From positions 32,512-96,511 of IMG/VR virus record IMGVR_UViG_3300043570_002836: a stretch of 64,000 bases of DNA; one strand, 5' to 3'. Of this stretch, positions 35,118 through 45,430 are shown in pieces. The number at the start of each line of letters is the position of its first letter. The stretch's first letter is position 1. The translations under genes were made by a program, and so were the position numbers. Origin of the DNA: a virus. The notes beneath the pieces are model-generated. The model was given only the letters and a program-made list of their open reading frames with translations, did not search any database and was not told where the DNA came from.

Positions 35118-36896
35118 TTAAGCACTTGGGTCAAGAGGTTTTAATTCATCAGGGGCTGGTGCGACTAAATTGTTGTTACCACCTGTAGTACCACCTGAGT
35201 TACCTTGTTTAGCCTTAAACTCGGCCATGATTTTATCGTAAAGTTCTTGAGTTAATGACCCGTCAGTTGAACCATTGTCTTTTAATGCTTTCTCAGTTTC
35301 AGGACCAAATATTCGGTCAATTTTAATACCAAGTGCTGATTGGATTTCACCAATTTTATAACCTTTACAACCTTTTTTAATTGGGAATGAACCACATTCT
35401 GGTAAATTTTTAATTGTTGATGTTGATGTTGATGTTGATGTTGATGTACTTGGTTTAATATCAGTTTCACCTGCAATAGGGAAATCAATTTGTTCCATCA
35501 TGTTTCTACGTGATTCAACTAATACTGTATCACCTCTTAATGAACAAGACCATTTTTTACCGATAAATTTCGCTCCTTCAGCATCCCAAATTTCACCATC
35601 AGAATAAAATCTATAATTTTTCTTATTTAATCCGTTTAAGTTAATAAAATATGTGTAACCCATATTATCGGTTAACGCACTTGAACTTGGGAATTTAGTT
35701 TTTAAACAAGGGTACTTTTTCAACCATACAGGCCAAGCAGCAACTTTTTTACCATCTTCCCATCCTTCAGAATCTTCGTCAACATCATTGTCATCAATAA
35801 TTTTAACACCAGTATCGTCAAAAACTTCATGTATTTTATTTCTTCTGATGTATGCCTCATATAATGATTCATTCATTTCGACTTCAGATGATTGACCACC
35901 ACCTATCTGTGCTACAGGTCTACCACTAACACACGCCAATGTTGCATTAGTATCTTTAGGTTGATTATTGCTGGATGTTGTAGTAATTCTTTGACCTTCA
36001 GCATAAAATCTGTATTGTTTTTGATAAATTGTACCATCAGTTTTTTTACGTCGTTTACCATTAATAACAACATATGTATATCCTTCAGGGTCAGCTCTAA
36101 CACCATCAGGTGTTACAGTTCCTTTACTTTGGTAAAGACAAGGGAAATGTTCTTGATAATATTTTCTACTTTTAGATTCCGCAGGAATTAATTTAATACC
36201 ACCACCTGACCATTTACTAACCGCTCTTTTAAATGCGGTTATTACAGGAGCTAACTCACCTTCAGATAAATCTTCAGCTAAATCATCCGCAAAATCAGCA
36301 CCTTGATATTCATATATAACACCACATAAATCGGCAACATTTGCGTTTTTCAGTTTAGAAGCTGCTAGATTAACTTTATCCTCATCAGTTCCCCATCCTA
36401 TTATCCCTGTGTAAAATAATTCGGCAATTTCTAAATGAGCTGATTTATCTAAAGCCGCCTCTTGCATAAGACTGTCTTCTTTACCGTATTTCTCAACAGT
36501 TGAACAAGCCTCCATAGTTTTTCTTAAAACTTCTTCATTATCGGCATTTCTATAGGCCGAATATAAAAATATACCAGTTAATGCTATGACAGGAAGTGCG
36601 ACCGCAGCACCAACAGGTGTCATTAATGCGGCTCCAAGTGCTGCAGGGGTTGATATAGCGGATAGAGCCCCCGTTCCTGCTGCGGCACCACTTGCGGCTG
36701 CACCTGCGAATGCCGCACCTGCAGTACCCGCAACCATCCCACCTGTACCTACAACTGCGTCTTCGGCATCACTTTCTTTAATTAACGGTAACTTAATCGT
36801 ATCTTGATTCTCAGTTAACGTTTTATTAGAATCATATTTCATTAACAATAATGCTCTTGAGACAACATCGTTAGGGTTAAAATTTTCTTTACTCAT
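35118..36896 (-). CDS. Putative virion protein with hydrophobic Ala/Gly segment, annexin-like GWGTDE motif and C-terminal peptidoglycan-binding-like domain
   Basis: IKKGCKG..IGEIQSALG...D.IFGPETEKALK resembles PG_binding_1; (ST)n linker. Confidence 0.55.
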   Translation of the reverse strand: MSKENFNPNDVVSRALLLMKYDSNKTLTENQDTIKLPLIKESDAEDAVVGTGGMVAGTAGAAFAGAAASGAAAGTGALSAISTPAALGAALMTPVGAAVALPVIALTGIFLYSAYRNADNEEVLRKTMEACSTVEKYGKEDSLMQEAALDKSAHLEIAELFYTGIIGWGTDEDKVNLAASKLKNANVADLCGVIYEYQGADFADDLAEDLSEGELAPVITAFKRAVSKWSGGGIKLIPAESKSRKYYQEHFPCLYQSKGTVTPDGVRADPEGYTYVVINGKRRKKTDGTIYQKQYRFYAEGQRITTTSSNNQPKDTNATLACVSGRPVAQIGGGQSSEVEMNESLYEAYIRRNKIHEVFDDTGVKIIDDNDVDEDSEGWEDGKKVAAWPVWLKKYPCLKTKFPSSSALTDNMGYTYFINLNGLNKKNYRFYSDGEIWDAEGAKFIGKKWSCSLRGDTVLVESRRNMMEQIDFPIAGETDIKPSTSTSTSTSTSTIKNLPECGSFPIKKGCKGYKIGEIQSALGIKIDRIFGPETEKALKDNGSTDGSLTQELYDKIMAEFKAKQGNSGGTTGGNNNLVAPAPDELKPLDPSA

Positions 36897-36943
36897 TTGT
36901 TTAATTTTTATTATAAATATTTGTTTATTTTAAAAAATGTAAA

Positions 36944-37192
36944 TTATAACAGAGTATTTGCTTTTCCTCTGTTTATTTTTACGATATCGGCCCATTTAAC
37001 TAACGCGATTTGATTAGCGGGACCTCTTGTTACTCCTGACTCCCATTTAGTAACTGTTGGATATGGTGGTTTTACACCGTCACCACCCGAAGCGGCACCA
37101 CCAGCATCATCTTGTTCAATTAAATCCGAATAACCATCAATATCTATGACTTTATTCATTATACTAATAATGTCGTCTATATTTGTTCCCAT
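36944..37192 (-). CDS. Hypothetical protein
   Basis: 82-aa ORF with TATTTAT upstream. Confidence 0.55.
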   Translation of the reverse strand: MGTNIDDIISIMNKVIDIDGYSDLIEQDDAGGAASGGDGVKPPYPTVTKWESGVTRGPANQIALVKWADIVKINRGKANTLL

Positions 37193-37243
37193 AATGATAA
37201 ATACTCATTTAAATAAAAAACCCCCAATTATATGGGGGCCTTT

Positions 37244-37561
37244 TTAAAAAAAGTCAGATGGGGGTAAGTTTTTAGGATTGATTAAGTAGTATTCATTTAA
37301 AAATGATATTACCTCATCCTCTAATTCTTCATCATCGTACATATCGTCAAAATCGTCATAATCAATTTCGTCTTCATCTATTAAATTTTCAAATTCATCA
37401 ATTTTATTTAACAAAACATCGTAACCGAAGTTTTTAATTTCATTGAATTCAATTTGACTTGTTCTTATTTCATCATCACTATCAAGTAAAGTTCTAAATG
37501 TAACGTCTAATGTTTGTGATGATTCGTTTATGTAAAAAGAGACTAATTCTTTTATTTCCAT
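37244..37561 (-). CDS. Hypothetical acidic protein
   Basis: 105-aa ORF. Confidence 0.6.
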   Translation of the reverse strand: MEIKELVSFYINESSQTLDVTFRTLLDSDDEIRTSQIEFNEIKNFGYDVLLNKIDEFENLIDEDEIDYDDFDDMYDDEELEDEVISFLNEYYLINPKNLPPSDFF

Positions 37562-37562
37562 T

Positions 37563-38000
37563 TTAGTATTTGTTGAATCTATTGAACATATCTAAAGATT
37601 TATTTAGTTGTTCTTGTAATGAAAAGATTTCAATGTCATCCATATCATCAAAAATATCGTCATCTTCAAAGTCTACTGTTCCGTTCTCTAAATCATCAGG
37701 ACCATCACCTATTGTGTCAAGTTCCATCTCATCAATTAAATCTTCAGTGGTTTCACCTGAGAATAATCCCGTGTTTTTTCCATCATGTTTCATTTCATTG
37801 ATACCAGTATTTCTGTATGTACCAACCTCACCTCTATTATTAACGGTAATTCCATTTTTGTCATTCGCTAAATCTTGGACATATAATGGTTGTTCGTTAG
37901 TATTTGCGTATTGGGTAACATATCCGTCATAAATTTCTTTATGTTGGTCAAGGATGTTAGTTCTTTCCTCGTTAGTCATTTTAAAAAAATAAGCGTTCAT
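37563..38000 (-). CDS. Hypothetical acidic protein
   Basis: 145-aa ORF with TATTTAT upstream. Confidence 0.6.
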   Translation of the reverse strand: MNAYFFKMTNEERTNILDQHKEIYDGYVTQYANTNEQPLYVQDLANDKNGITVNNRGEVGTYRNTGINEMKHDGKNTGLFSGETTEDLIDEMELDTIGDGPDDLENGTVDFEDDDIFDDMDDIEIFSLQEQLNKSLDMFNRFNKY

Positions 38001-38058
38001 AATTTTTTTTATTTATAAATATGTTGATTAACGGCAATATTAAAATTATCATTAGATT

Positions 38059-38349
38059 ATGAAAATTGATATTGATGAATACGCAGAAAATGCGGTGTTG
38101 TTAACAGGTCTCGAAGAGGCTATAATAGGGATTGTTGAGGAGTTTGGGAATGGACCAAGAATATTATATTCTAAGTCAAAAATCATTAATATTCTTTGTG
38201 AAAGAGATTTAATGACTGAAAGTGAAGCTGAAGAATTTTATGATTACAATATTATTGGTCTTCATGCTGGTGAACAAAACGCGGTATTTTTAGATTTACC
38301 AATTAAACCCATCAAAACTAATGATGGGTGGGATTATGAATTAGAATGA
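38059..38349 (+). CDS. Hypothetical protein
   Basis: GLEEAIIG...EAEEFYDYNIIG pattern; 96 aa. Confidence 0.6.
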   Translation: MKIDIDEYAENAVLLTGLEEAIIGIVEEFGNGPRILYSKSKIINILCERDLMTESEAEEFYDYNIIGLHAGEQNAVFLDLPIKPIKTNDGWDYELE

Positions 38350-39114
38350 TTGAAGATATATTTGAAAGACTTTACTAGCTAAAGTTTTAATATGTTTATT
38401 AACTAATTGTAATACTTTATCTTGATTTTCATCTTTATCATCCTCATCGTCATTATCGTACACACTTGAGTTGATATCATATTTATCATTAACTAATTCC
38501 ATAGTAACCATAATCATAATAGTCCTAACATTATCAGCTTCGTCTAATAGTTCCTGAAATTTTTCCTCGTTATTCATAACTTGGTCACCATAATGTCTAT
38601 CAATATATTCTCTACCCATATACAAAAACGGTGCTGATTGGAACATATTAACAAGTGACACTTCTCTAAGGAGTTTTAAAAATCTAACCAAATCCACAAA
38701 ATAATTTTTACCATTAATTTTAAAATATTTAATGACATCGGCATTTCTAATAAACGTGTCCATATCATTATTTTCGGTAATTTTATTTCTACCCTGACAA
38801 TGTGCTTTTTGTGAAAAACCTTTTGGGTTTTTACAATCTATACTCTTTTTATATTTTTTAGACCATTTCTCTTCAATAGGTTTTTCTTCTCTACCACCAA
38901 AATCCCATGCGTCAGTTTCAGATATTAAATTTAATTGACTGATTTTTTCCCCAACATTATCTTTATCACCGTCATCCCAAACAACTGAATAATCGTCAGA
39001 ACCAAAAACATTATATACCGATTTAACTGTACCCCAAGTATTTGGTGTAAGAGATTCACCATCCATATATAATAATCTAACTCTATCTCCTGGTTTTAAT
39101 TTTGGGTTTAACAT
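38341..39114 (-). CDS. Hypothetical virion protein
   Basis: Contains the basic Cys module EEKWSKKYKKSIDCKNPKGFSQKAHCQGR. Confidence 0.6.
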   Translation of the reverse strand: MLNPKLKPGDRVRLLYMDGESLTPNTWGTVKSVYNVFGSDDYSVVWDDGDKDNVGEKISQLNLISETDAWDFGGREEKPIEEKWSKKYKKSIDCKNPKGFSQKAHCQGRNKITENNDMDTFIRNADVIKYFKINGKNYFVDLVRFLKLLREVSLVNMFQSAPFLYMGREYIDRHYGDQVMNNEEKFQELLDEADNVRTIMIMVTMELVNDKYDINSSVYDNDDEDDKDENQDKVLQLVNKHIKTLASKVFQIYLQSF

Positions 39115-39165
39115 AATTTCAAAATATTTATAACAATAAATATGCGTGATATATTTATATTGTAT

Positions 39166-39792
39166 ATGAAGACTACGATTTTAATCACTGAACAACAAAA
39201 AAGACGACTTATCATTGAATCATTGAATGATGAGGTAAATGATAATGTAACAGAAAATGTGTCGTTATTTAAAAAAATAGCACAATTTTCGTCTGATGAA
39301 TTTTCTAATAATCTTGGTTTCCTAATAACTTGGGGAGCGGGTATTGGTGGTTTCATGGGACCTGTTAATAGTTTCTTATCTGGTCAGTATCCTAATTTAA
39401 GTGAAACCGATACAAGTCTAATTTTATTAGGTGTTCTTGGTACTATTTTTATGAATGGTAAAGATTTAATTTTTGACGTTATTAATAAGATTAAGGAGAA
39501 TGGTTTAACTAAAGAATTTAAAACTACGTTGGGAAAAGCTAAAGACTTAAAAACAACATTTACATCATTCTTAAAATCAATTGACGTTAATGTTGGTAGT
39601 ATTATGACTATGTTATCATACGCGTTTATGATACCTTCATTAGGACCAATTATTCACTTTATACAATCGGGTAGTGTTAGTCATGATGACATTAAATTAT
39701 TTATCGCGTCGTTAGGGATGTCAAAGTTTATTACGTTGTCTACTAAAACTTTAAGTGTTTTTATTAAAAAATTAATGGATAAATTGAAATAG
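39166..39792 (+). CDS. Hypothetical protein with leader-like N-terminus and hydrophobic segments
   Basis: MKTTILITEQQKRRLIIES; ATATTTAT at 39151. Confidence 0.55.
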   Translation: MKTTILITEQQKRRLIIESLNDEVNDNVTENVSLFKKIAQFSSDEFSNNLGFLITWGAGIGGFMGPVNSFLSGQYPNLSETDTSLILLGVLGTIFMNGKDLIFDVINKIKENGLTKEFKTTLGKAKDLKTTFTSFLKSIDVNVGSIMTMLSYAFMIPSLGPIIHFIQSGSVSHDDIKLFIASLGMSKFITLSTKTLSVFIKKLMDKLK

Positions 39793-40794
39793 TTACACGT
39801 TTTGTAATAATGTGTTGATTACTGTTTCTTGGTCTCTTTGATTTAGTGTGTGAATATCAGGATGGGTTTCGAACCAATTTCTAATTACAGATTCCAACGG
39901 AATTCGTCTTACTTTAGATAATCTTTTAAAACCTTTAACTTGGGCCTTTATTTCATATGGTTTTGTATAATAATGTAATGATTCCTCACTTTTTTCATCA
40001 TCTTCAAAATCATATTCACCTGTAGTATATTGATTGTAATGTTCTAATTCATGGGCAATTAAATCATTTAACTCACCAATAATATCATACATCATTTTTT
40101 TAATGTCCCCATTAGGGTTATACACAATAAGAACTTCAATGGTGTCTTCGTGTTTAACATAATTACCATTAACTAAAAATGTTTTCACATCTTCATTAGG
40201 TCTAATCACAAGTTCAACTGTAATATTTTTAGGACCATTAATGAATTCATATGTCATATCATCACTAATGTCTTCAGGTAAGGCATATTCCCCATCACCT
40301 TTGGTTTTTAATACTTTAACAATATCTTTTACAATTGTTCTAATTGCGTGTCTATTCATTTTACCTTCTAATAAATTATTAACTTCATCAGTAACCACAT
40401 CAATGTTTTCAATATTAACAATTCCATCAAATCCAATTCTACTTTTTAAAACTCCTTCAATATCATGTTTGATAACATTAATCATTTGTCTTGAAAAAAG
40501 TCGTATAATGTTGTTAAATTGGTCATAATCCAATATAGTTTTAATTTGTTTTAACCGACTTAAATAATCAACATCACCACCAACAATTGAAATATTCAGA
40601 TAGATTACGGGCATCCAATCACCAACAACTATCTTGTTTTTAATGTCAATAATCTCATCAACAACATAATTAATGTGTCCCTCCATTTTTTTAGTGGAAT
40701 ATGAATCATCAAAAGTAAGTCCGTCATATCCAAAGGTATTATTCTTTAATATTCGACTTATAAAACTTATATTGTATTGGTCTTCTTGTGACAT
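39793..40794 (-). CDS. Hypothetical protein with HExxH zincin-like motif
   Basis: IAHELEHYNQ...YYTKPYEIKA. Confidence 0.55.
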   Translation of the reverse strand: MSQEDQYNISFISRILKNNTFGYDGLTFDDSYSTKKMEGHINYVVDEIIDIKNKIVVGDWMPVIYLNISIVGGDVDYLSRLKQIKTILDYDQFNNIIRLFSRQMINVIKHDIEGVLKSRIGFDGIVNIENIDVVTDEVNNLLEGKMNRHAIRTIVKDIVKVLKTKGDGEYALPEDISDDMTYEFINGPKNITVELVIRPNEDVKTFLVNGNYVKHEDTIEVLIVYNPNGDIKKMMYDIIGELNDLIAHELEHYNQYTTGEYDFEDDEKSEESLHYYTKPYEIKAQVKGFKRLSKVRRIPLESVIRNWFETHPDIHTLNQRDQETVINTLLQNV

Positions 40795-40917
40795 TTTAAC
40801 TCTTTATATACTTATAAATATATTTTATTTTTCATTTGTGAACTTAATAAATATTTTGAAAAATAAAATTATAGATAAAGGTACAAAAAAATACATTAAA
40901 TGTTTAAAAATATTGAC

Positions 40918-41343
40918 ATGGAATTACTAAATACTCACCCAATAAAAAAGTCAGACCTAGGTTTTCACGGAAATCTATTCGGGGGGAAATTACTTGCTTG
41001 GTTAGACGCATCAGCCGTTGCTTACGCAATGCAATTGTGTGATACACCAAGAATGGTTACAGTGTCGATTGATAAATGTGTTTTTGAAAAACCCTCAAAG
41101 GAGGGTCAATTATTAAAGATTTTTGGGTGGCCGTCAGCTATCGGAACAACCTCAGTAACATTATATATTGAAGCTCGAGCTCACAATGTTAGGACTGGTA
41201 AACAATTTATAGTCTTAAAAACACATACTAAATTTGTTTATATTGATGAAGATGGTGCTCCGTTACCGTTGAAGGATAAGTCAATCAAACGAATTAATGA
41301 TATGATTGAATTAAATAAATTAGAAACTGAAGATTCTATATAA
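40918..41343 (+). CDS. Acyl-CoA thioesterase (hotdog fold)
   Basis: DLGFHGNLFGGKLLAWLD...VTVSID..F..P...FVYIDEDG.P pattern. Confidence 0.85.
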   Translation: MELLNTHPIKKSDLGFHGNLFGGKLLAWLDASAVAYAMQLCDTPRMVTVSIDKCVFEKPSKEGQLLKIFGWPSAIGTTSVTLYIEARAHNVRTGKQFIVLKTHTKFVYIDEDGAPLPLKDKSIKRINDMIELNKLETEDSI

Positions 41344-42535
41344 ATTGAATAGAAACTTTTAGATTCCCATCACCTTTAATTACTCTGTGGTATACACCTT
41401 CAGGGATGATGTATTGTTTACCAACTTCAAGTTGTTTAGGTAATTCATTATCTATTTGGATTCCCCAACCATTACCTTCAATAATTGTAATTAATCGGTC
41501 TTCTCTATCTCTATGCCATTTAAACTCGTCTGAGTTAGTTTGTTCACTAAAAACTCGTACTTTATTATCACCCTCTTTAATTTCGTCAAACGGTAATTCC
41601 TCGGTTTTAGATTTTTTGTTTTTAAATAACTTTAAAAGAAATAAAAACACAGTTCCTCCAGGTAATAAGAATATTCCAGCCATACCAACTTTTACCATGG
41701 TTCTTTTAAAAACACCTTTAAGTTCGTTACCAATTTTTTCACGTTCTTCTTTACTAATTGGTTCATCACTATTAACTAATTTCGTTAAATTAGAATACGC
41801 ACTTTTAGCATCATCACCTGAATTTTTCAATTCTTCTAAGAATGTTTTTTTAATTGATGAACTATGTTTGGTAAAAAAATTTTTTACTTTGTTCTCAGAT
41901 AACTCAGTAGATATTTGAGCAATTTCATTAATGTTATTATCCATTTCCTCAACATCAGTGTATAATGAATACGCAACAAAATCACTATTTTGAATCATAC
42001 GAGTTAACACTCTATTAAGTGTTTTTTCTGCGGCATCTCTTAAATCATCGTCGTTAGGGTCTTTAATATATAGAGTAATAATTACTCTTACTGAAATATC
42101 CTCACCCCTACTCCAATTTGTGTTTTCGGGTTTAACGTATTCAACCACAAATTTAGATTCTTCCGAATCATAACCCGACAAATATTCTTGCAACTCAGTT
42201 TTAAATTTTTCAGCGGATGATACTAAAGAATCAAATATTTCAGGAACAATGGTATTAAAAAATAATTGAGTATTATACTCGTTGAACAATTGTACAAATC
42301 TACAGGTTTCACGTAATATTGAGCCAAATTTTTCATTTAGACCACCTTCACTATTAAATGTGTTAATATATACCTCAAAAGTATCTTTACTATTGTAGAT
42401 ATTGTATTTTAATGAAACTAACTCAACTTCAGGAGTTTTCTCAAAAGTTATATCATACTGTTTTTTTAACCGTATTAGTGTTACTTGAATAAACTTTTCA
42501 AAATTTGTTTTAACTTTTAATTCTCTTTCGTTCAT
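41336..42535 (-). CDS. Hypothetical protein with C-terminal cupin-like domain
   Basis: WHRDREDR...IPEGVYHRVIKG. Confidence 0.6.
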   Translation of the reverse strand: MNERELKVKTNFEKFIQVTLIRLKKQYDITFEKTPEVELVSLKYNIYNSKDTFEVYINTFNSEGGLNEKFGSILRETCRFVQLFNEYNTQLFFNTIVPEIFDSLVSSAEKFKTELQEYLSGYDSEESKFVVEYVKPENTNWSRGEDISVRVIITLYIKDPNDDDLRDAAEKTLNRVLTRMIQNSDFVAYSLYTDVEEMDNNINEIAQISTELSENKVKNFFTKHSSSIKKTFLEELKNSGDDAKSAYSNLTKLVNSDEPISKEEREKIGNELKGVFKRTMVKVGMAGIFLLPGGTVFLFLLKLFKNKKSKTEELPFDEIKEGDNKVRVFSEQTNSDEFKWHRDREDRLITIIEGNGWGIQIDNELPKQLEVGKQYIIPEGVYHRVIKGDGNLKVSIQFI

Positions 42536-42536
42536 A

Positions 42537-43529
42537 TTACCAATTTCTTGATGATTTTAGTCCCAATTTTTTTGCGTATCTCCCGACATTACAACTCCAA
42601 TATCCTGCCATAGTTCTATCTTTCTTTTGGTCACAATTATGTCTCGCTCTAAATGATTTGGCTCTATCTTTATTACCATTTTTAACTCTTAAATTGGGGT
42701 CACCAAATGTAACCTTTTTTACGGTACCTTTAGGAGTTTTAACATAAACTGCGAATTTTTTTGGTCCACCTGGTGTTCTAAATGGACTACCTAATTTAAC
42801 ATTTTTACCACGGTGTAATGCCTCACTAATTAATTCCTCCAAATCCTCTTCATACATTGGAGCGTCCAAATAAATTTCTTCACCACTTTCAAGGATTACT
42901 TTTTTTCCTAAGTCAGATTCAACAATCCAACTGTCTTCATCATTTAATGATATTAAATTTTCATTATATAGTCTTCTAACTTCATTAATTATTCTAAAAT
43001 AATTTTCAGAATAAACTCTAAATACATTATCAGATAATGATATGTTATTATCTAAATGATATTTTAATTCGTTTGATATTTTAATATTTTCAGTTAACTT
43101 CATTGGTGTCTTTTTACCCCATTTTTTACCTTTACCTTTTGTCCCACATGCGGATGGTGTTGGTCTACAAGCAGGATATTTTGCTCTATCCTCACCGTCA
43201 CTTCTACCACATGATTTACACGTTTTTTTACCGTTAGAGTCGGTACGACAGGTATTACAATCAACCCATCCTTGTGATTTGCCTTTACCTCCTTGTCTTG
43301 AAAACCATCCGTGTAATCCTGATTTATTTTCTTTTGAGTAATCAGTTTTAGTTCCTTCATCAATTTCGGTTTCCTCTTTCCAAATTTTACCTTGTCGACA
43401 TTTAACTACCGCACCTGAGGCGTATGCCGATGGCCAAACATCGTACTTTTGTTTTGCCAATCTTGTACATCTATCATCCTTTTTTTTAGCTTCTAATAGT
43501 ATCTCATGAATTATTGTTTTAATATTCAT
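42537..43529 (-). CDS. Modular basic/Cys-rich virion-associated protein
   Basis: Modules KYDVWPSAYASGAVVKCR, KYPACRP and KKFAVYV...FGDP...SFRARHNC...GYWSC, separated by xxE sites. Confidence 0.6.
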   Translation of the reverse strand: MNIKTIIHEILLEAKKKDDRCTRLAKQKYDVWPSAYASGAVVKCRQGKIWKEETEIDEGTKTDYSKENKSGLHGWFSRQGGKGKSQGWVDCNTCRTDSNGKKTCKSCGRSDGEDRAKYPACRPTPSACGTKGKGKKWGKKTPMKLTENIKISNELKYHLDNNISLSDNVFRVYSENYFRIINEVRRLYNENLISLNDEDSWIVESDLGKKVILESGEEIYLDAPMYEEDLEELISEALHRGKNVKLGSPFRTPGGPKKFAVYVKTPKGTVKKVTFGDPNLRVKNGNKDRAKSFRARHNCDQKKDRTMAGYWSCNVGRYAKKLGLKSSRNW

Positions 43530-43571
43530 AAATATCTTTTTTATTTTAATAAATATCACTATATTTGAGAT

Positions 43572-43976
43572 ATGAAAGAAAAAACGTTATATATTCTTAG
43601 GGGTATACCAGGTGCGGGTAAAACCACATTGGCAAAGTCTATTGGTGCGGTTCATTTTGAAGCTGATATGTACTTTATGGTTGGTAAGGAATATAAATTT
43701 GATGTTACCAAATTAAAACAAGCACACGCTTGGTGTCAAGACCAAGTTAGAATCTCAATGAAGAACTCTGATAACAAAATTGGGGATTTAAGAATTGCAG
43801 TGTCCAACACATTCACACAAGAGTGGGAAATGGAACCGTATGTCGAAATGGCGAAAGAATACGGATTTAAAGTTTTCACACTTATTGTTGAAAATCGTCA
43901 CGGGGGTGTTAATCAACACGAAGTACCTGAAGACAAAATTGAATTAATGAAAAACCGTTTTGAAGTAAAATTATGA
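43572..43976 (+). CDS. P-loop kinase (polynucleotide kinase-like, AAA_33)
   Basis: RGIPGAGKTT, EADMYF, VSNTFT; TATATTTG promoter upstream. Confidence 0.8.
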   Translation: MKEKTLYILRGIPGAGKTTLAKSIGAVHFEADMYFMVGKEYKFDVTKLKQAHAWCQDQVRISMKNSDNKIGDLRIAVSNTFTQEWEMEPYVEMAKEYGFKVFTLIVENRHGGVNQHEVPEDKIELMKNRFEVKL

Positions 43977-44191
43977 AAATGTTCCGAAGATTGTTAAGTT
44001 CAGTACTACTTGTTGCAAGAATAATAGTAATGTTTAAATTTATAATGTTATCGTGGTTAACTATCTTTTATCCCACAGATTACCCATCGTCAGTATTAAC
44101 TTGGTGGGTTTACTATATGATATTCGATATGTGGATGATATTAATGTTACCGTCTGATGAAATTATCCCTGACGATGAAGATGAAGACTAA
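43973..44191 (+). CDS. Small membrane protein
   Basis: Two hydrophobic segments; overlaps the stop of the preceding gene. Confidence 0.5.
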   Translation: MKMFRRLLSSVLLVARIIVMFKFIMLSWLTIFYPTDYPSSVLTWWVYYMIFDMWMILMLPSDEIIPDDEDED

Positions 44192-44527
44192 TTTATTTAG
44201 AAAATTTTCGAAAGTAGAAATACAATCCAAAAAATAGTCCCGATATACAATACAAAACGAAGTTTGCGTAGAATAAACTTCCTGTTAAGACTATCAGATA
44301 GTATTGTACAATGTCGAAACCAAATGGATTGAAGAACATTGCCAACATAAGGAACTTTATTGAAAGGTTTCCTAAAAATATTTGTTTCCATGTTTTGATT
44401 CTGCTCATAATCATCCATATGTGTTAATTTAACTTTTATGTAATAAATAATTACGAAATTTAATATAAATTAATTGTTGAGTTATTTTGATTTATACTAA
44501 TATTTATTATTATAAATAAGCAAAAGT

Positions 44528-45034
44528 ATGAAAAAATATATAATTAACGAAAATAAACTTCGTACCGCGATACGTCAACATCTTCTTGAGCAAGAGTCAA
44601 CACAAGAACCTAAAGAAGAACAAAAAAGATGTTTAACAACTAATACGGTTAACTTGGATGAAATCGTTGGATTAAATGATGGATTTAAAAATTACACTTC
44701 AAAACTTTATAAAAGAAGTGGTGGAATTAGTGGTATGGTTGATGCCTTGGACATATTAAGAACTTTAAGGTTACATCCTGATGTTAGTGATTCAGGTGAA
44801 CACTTATCTTATGATTTAATGAATCACTTAAACACATTCCGTGGTAAAAACTATATGGATGAAACAACTAGTAATTGTCACAGTGCTATGGATAAAGTTA
44901 TCGAACTTTATAAAGAAAACCAACATGGTGAAGAATTAGTTAAAGATATTGAGAAAGTATTAGCACACGCAGACCCGTCGTCAAGAGCTAAAGAATATTT
45001 AAAGAGATGTTTACAATTAGTAAAAGAAAAATAA
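44528..45034 (+). CDS. Hypothetical virion protein with leader-like N-terminus
   Basis: MKKYIINENKLRTAIRQHLLEQ; ATATTTAT upstream. Confidence 0.6.
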   Translation: MKKYIINENKLRTAIRQHLLEQESTQEPKEEQKRCLTTNTVNLDEIVGLNDGFKNYTSKLYKRSGGISGMVDALDILRTLRLHPDVSDSGEHLSYDLMNHLNTFRGKNYMDETTSNCHSAMDKVIELYKENQHGEELVKDIEKVLAHADPSSRAKEYLKRCLQLVKEK

Positions 45035-45143
45035 CCCTCTTTACTGAGGACGTTTAGGACCGTTACTGTTATGGTAACAAACTAAGGGGAGGTTTCGCTA
45101 CCATCCCCTTTTTTTATGCGAGATATTTATCAATAAAAACGTT

Positions 45144-45398
45144 ATGGAAAAAATTAAATGGTTCTTTACAGAAATCATAAACATCTATTCAACAAAAAAA
45201 TCATACTTTTCAAAAAAAAGGATTGAGTCAGGAATAGCGTTTGTGATTGCACAATGGGGTATGATTTTCTTTTTATTAGAAAAACATATAAATTTGTCAA
45301 TGGGTGAATTCTTATTATGGGCGGCGGCTGAGTTTGCGGTTGCTGGTTGGATGATTCACAAAATCCAAAAAGAAAAGAGTGATAACACACCTTCTTAA
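45144..45398 (+). CDS. Small two-TM membrane protein (holin candidate)
   Basis: Two hydrophobic helices, charged C-terminus, late-type motif upstream. Confidence 0.4.
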   Translation: MEKIKWFFTEIINIYSTKKSYFSKKRIESGIAFVIAQWGMIFFLLEKHINLSMGEFLLWAAAEFAVAGWMIHKIQKEKSDNTPS

Positions 45399-45430
45399 AC
45401 TAAAACCCCCCAAGTGATTGGGGGTTTTTA

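Noticed and set aside
35416-35447. (TGATGT)n microsatellite as a phase-variation site
   Set aside because: The 6-nt unit is in frame and encodes a Ser/Thr linker, so length change would not switch the gene on or off.
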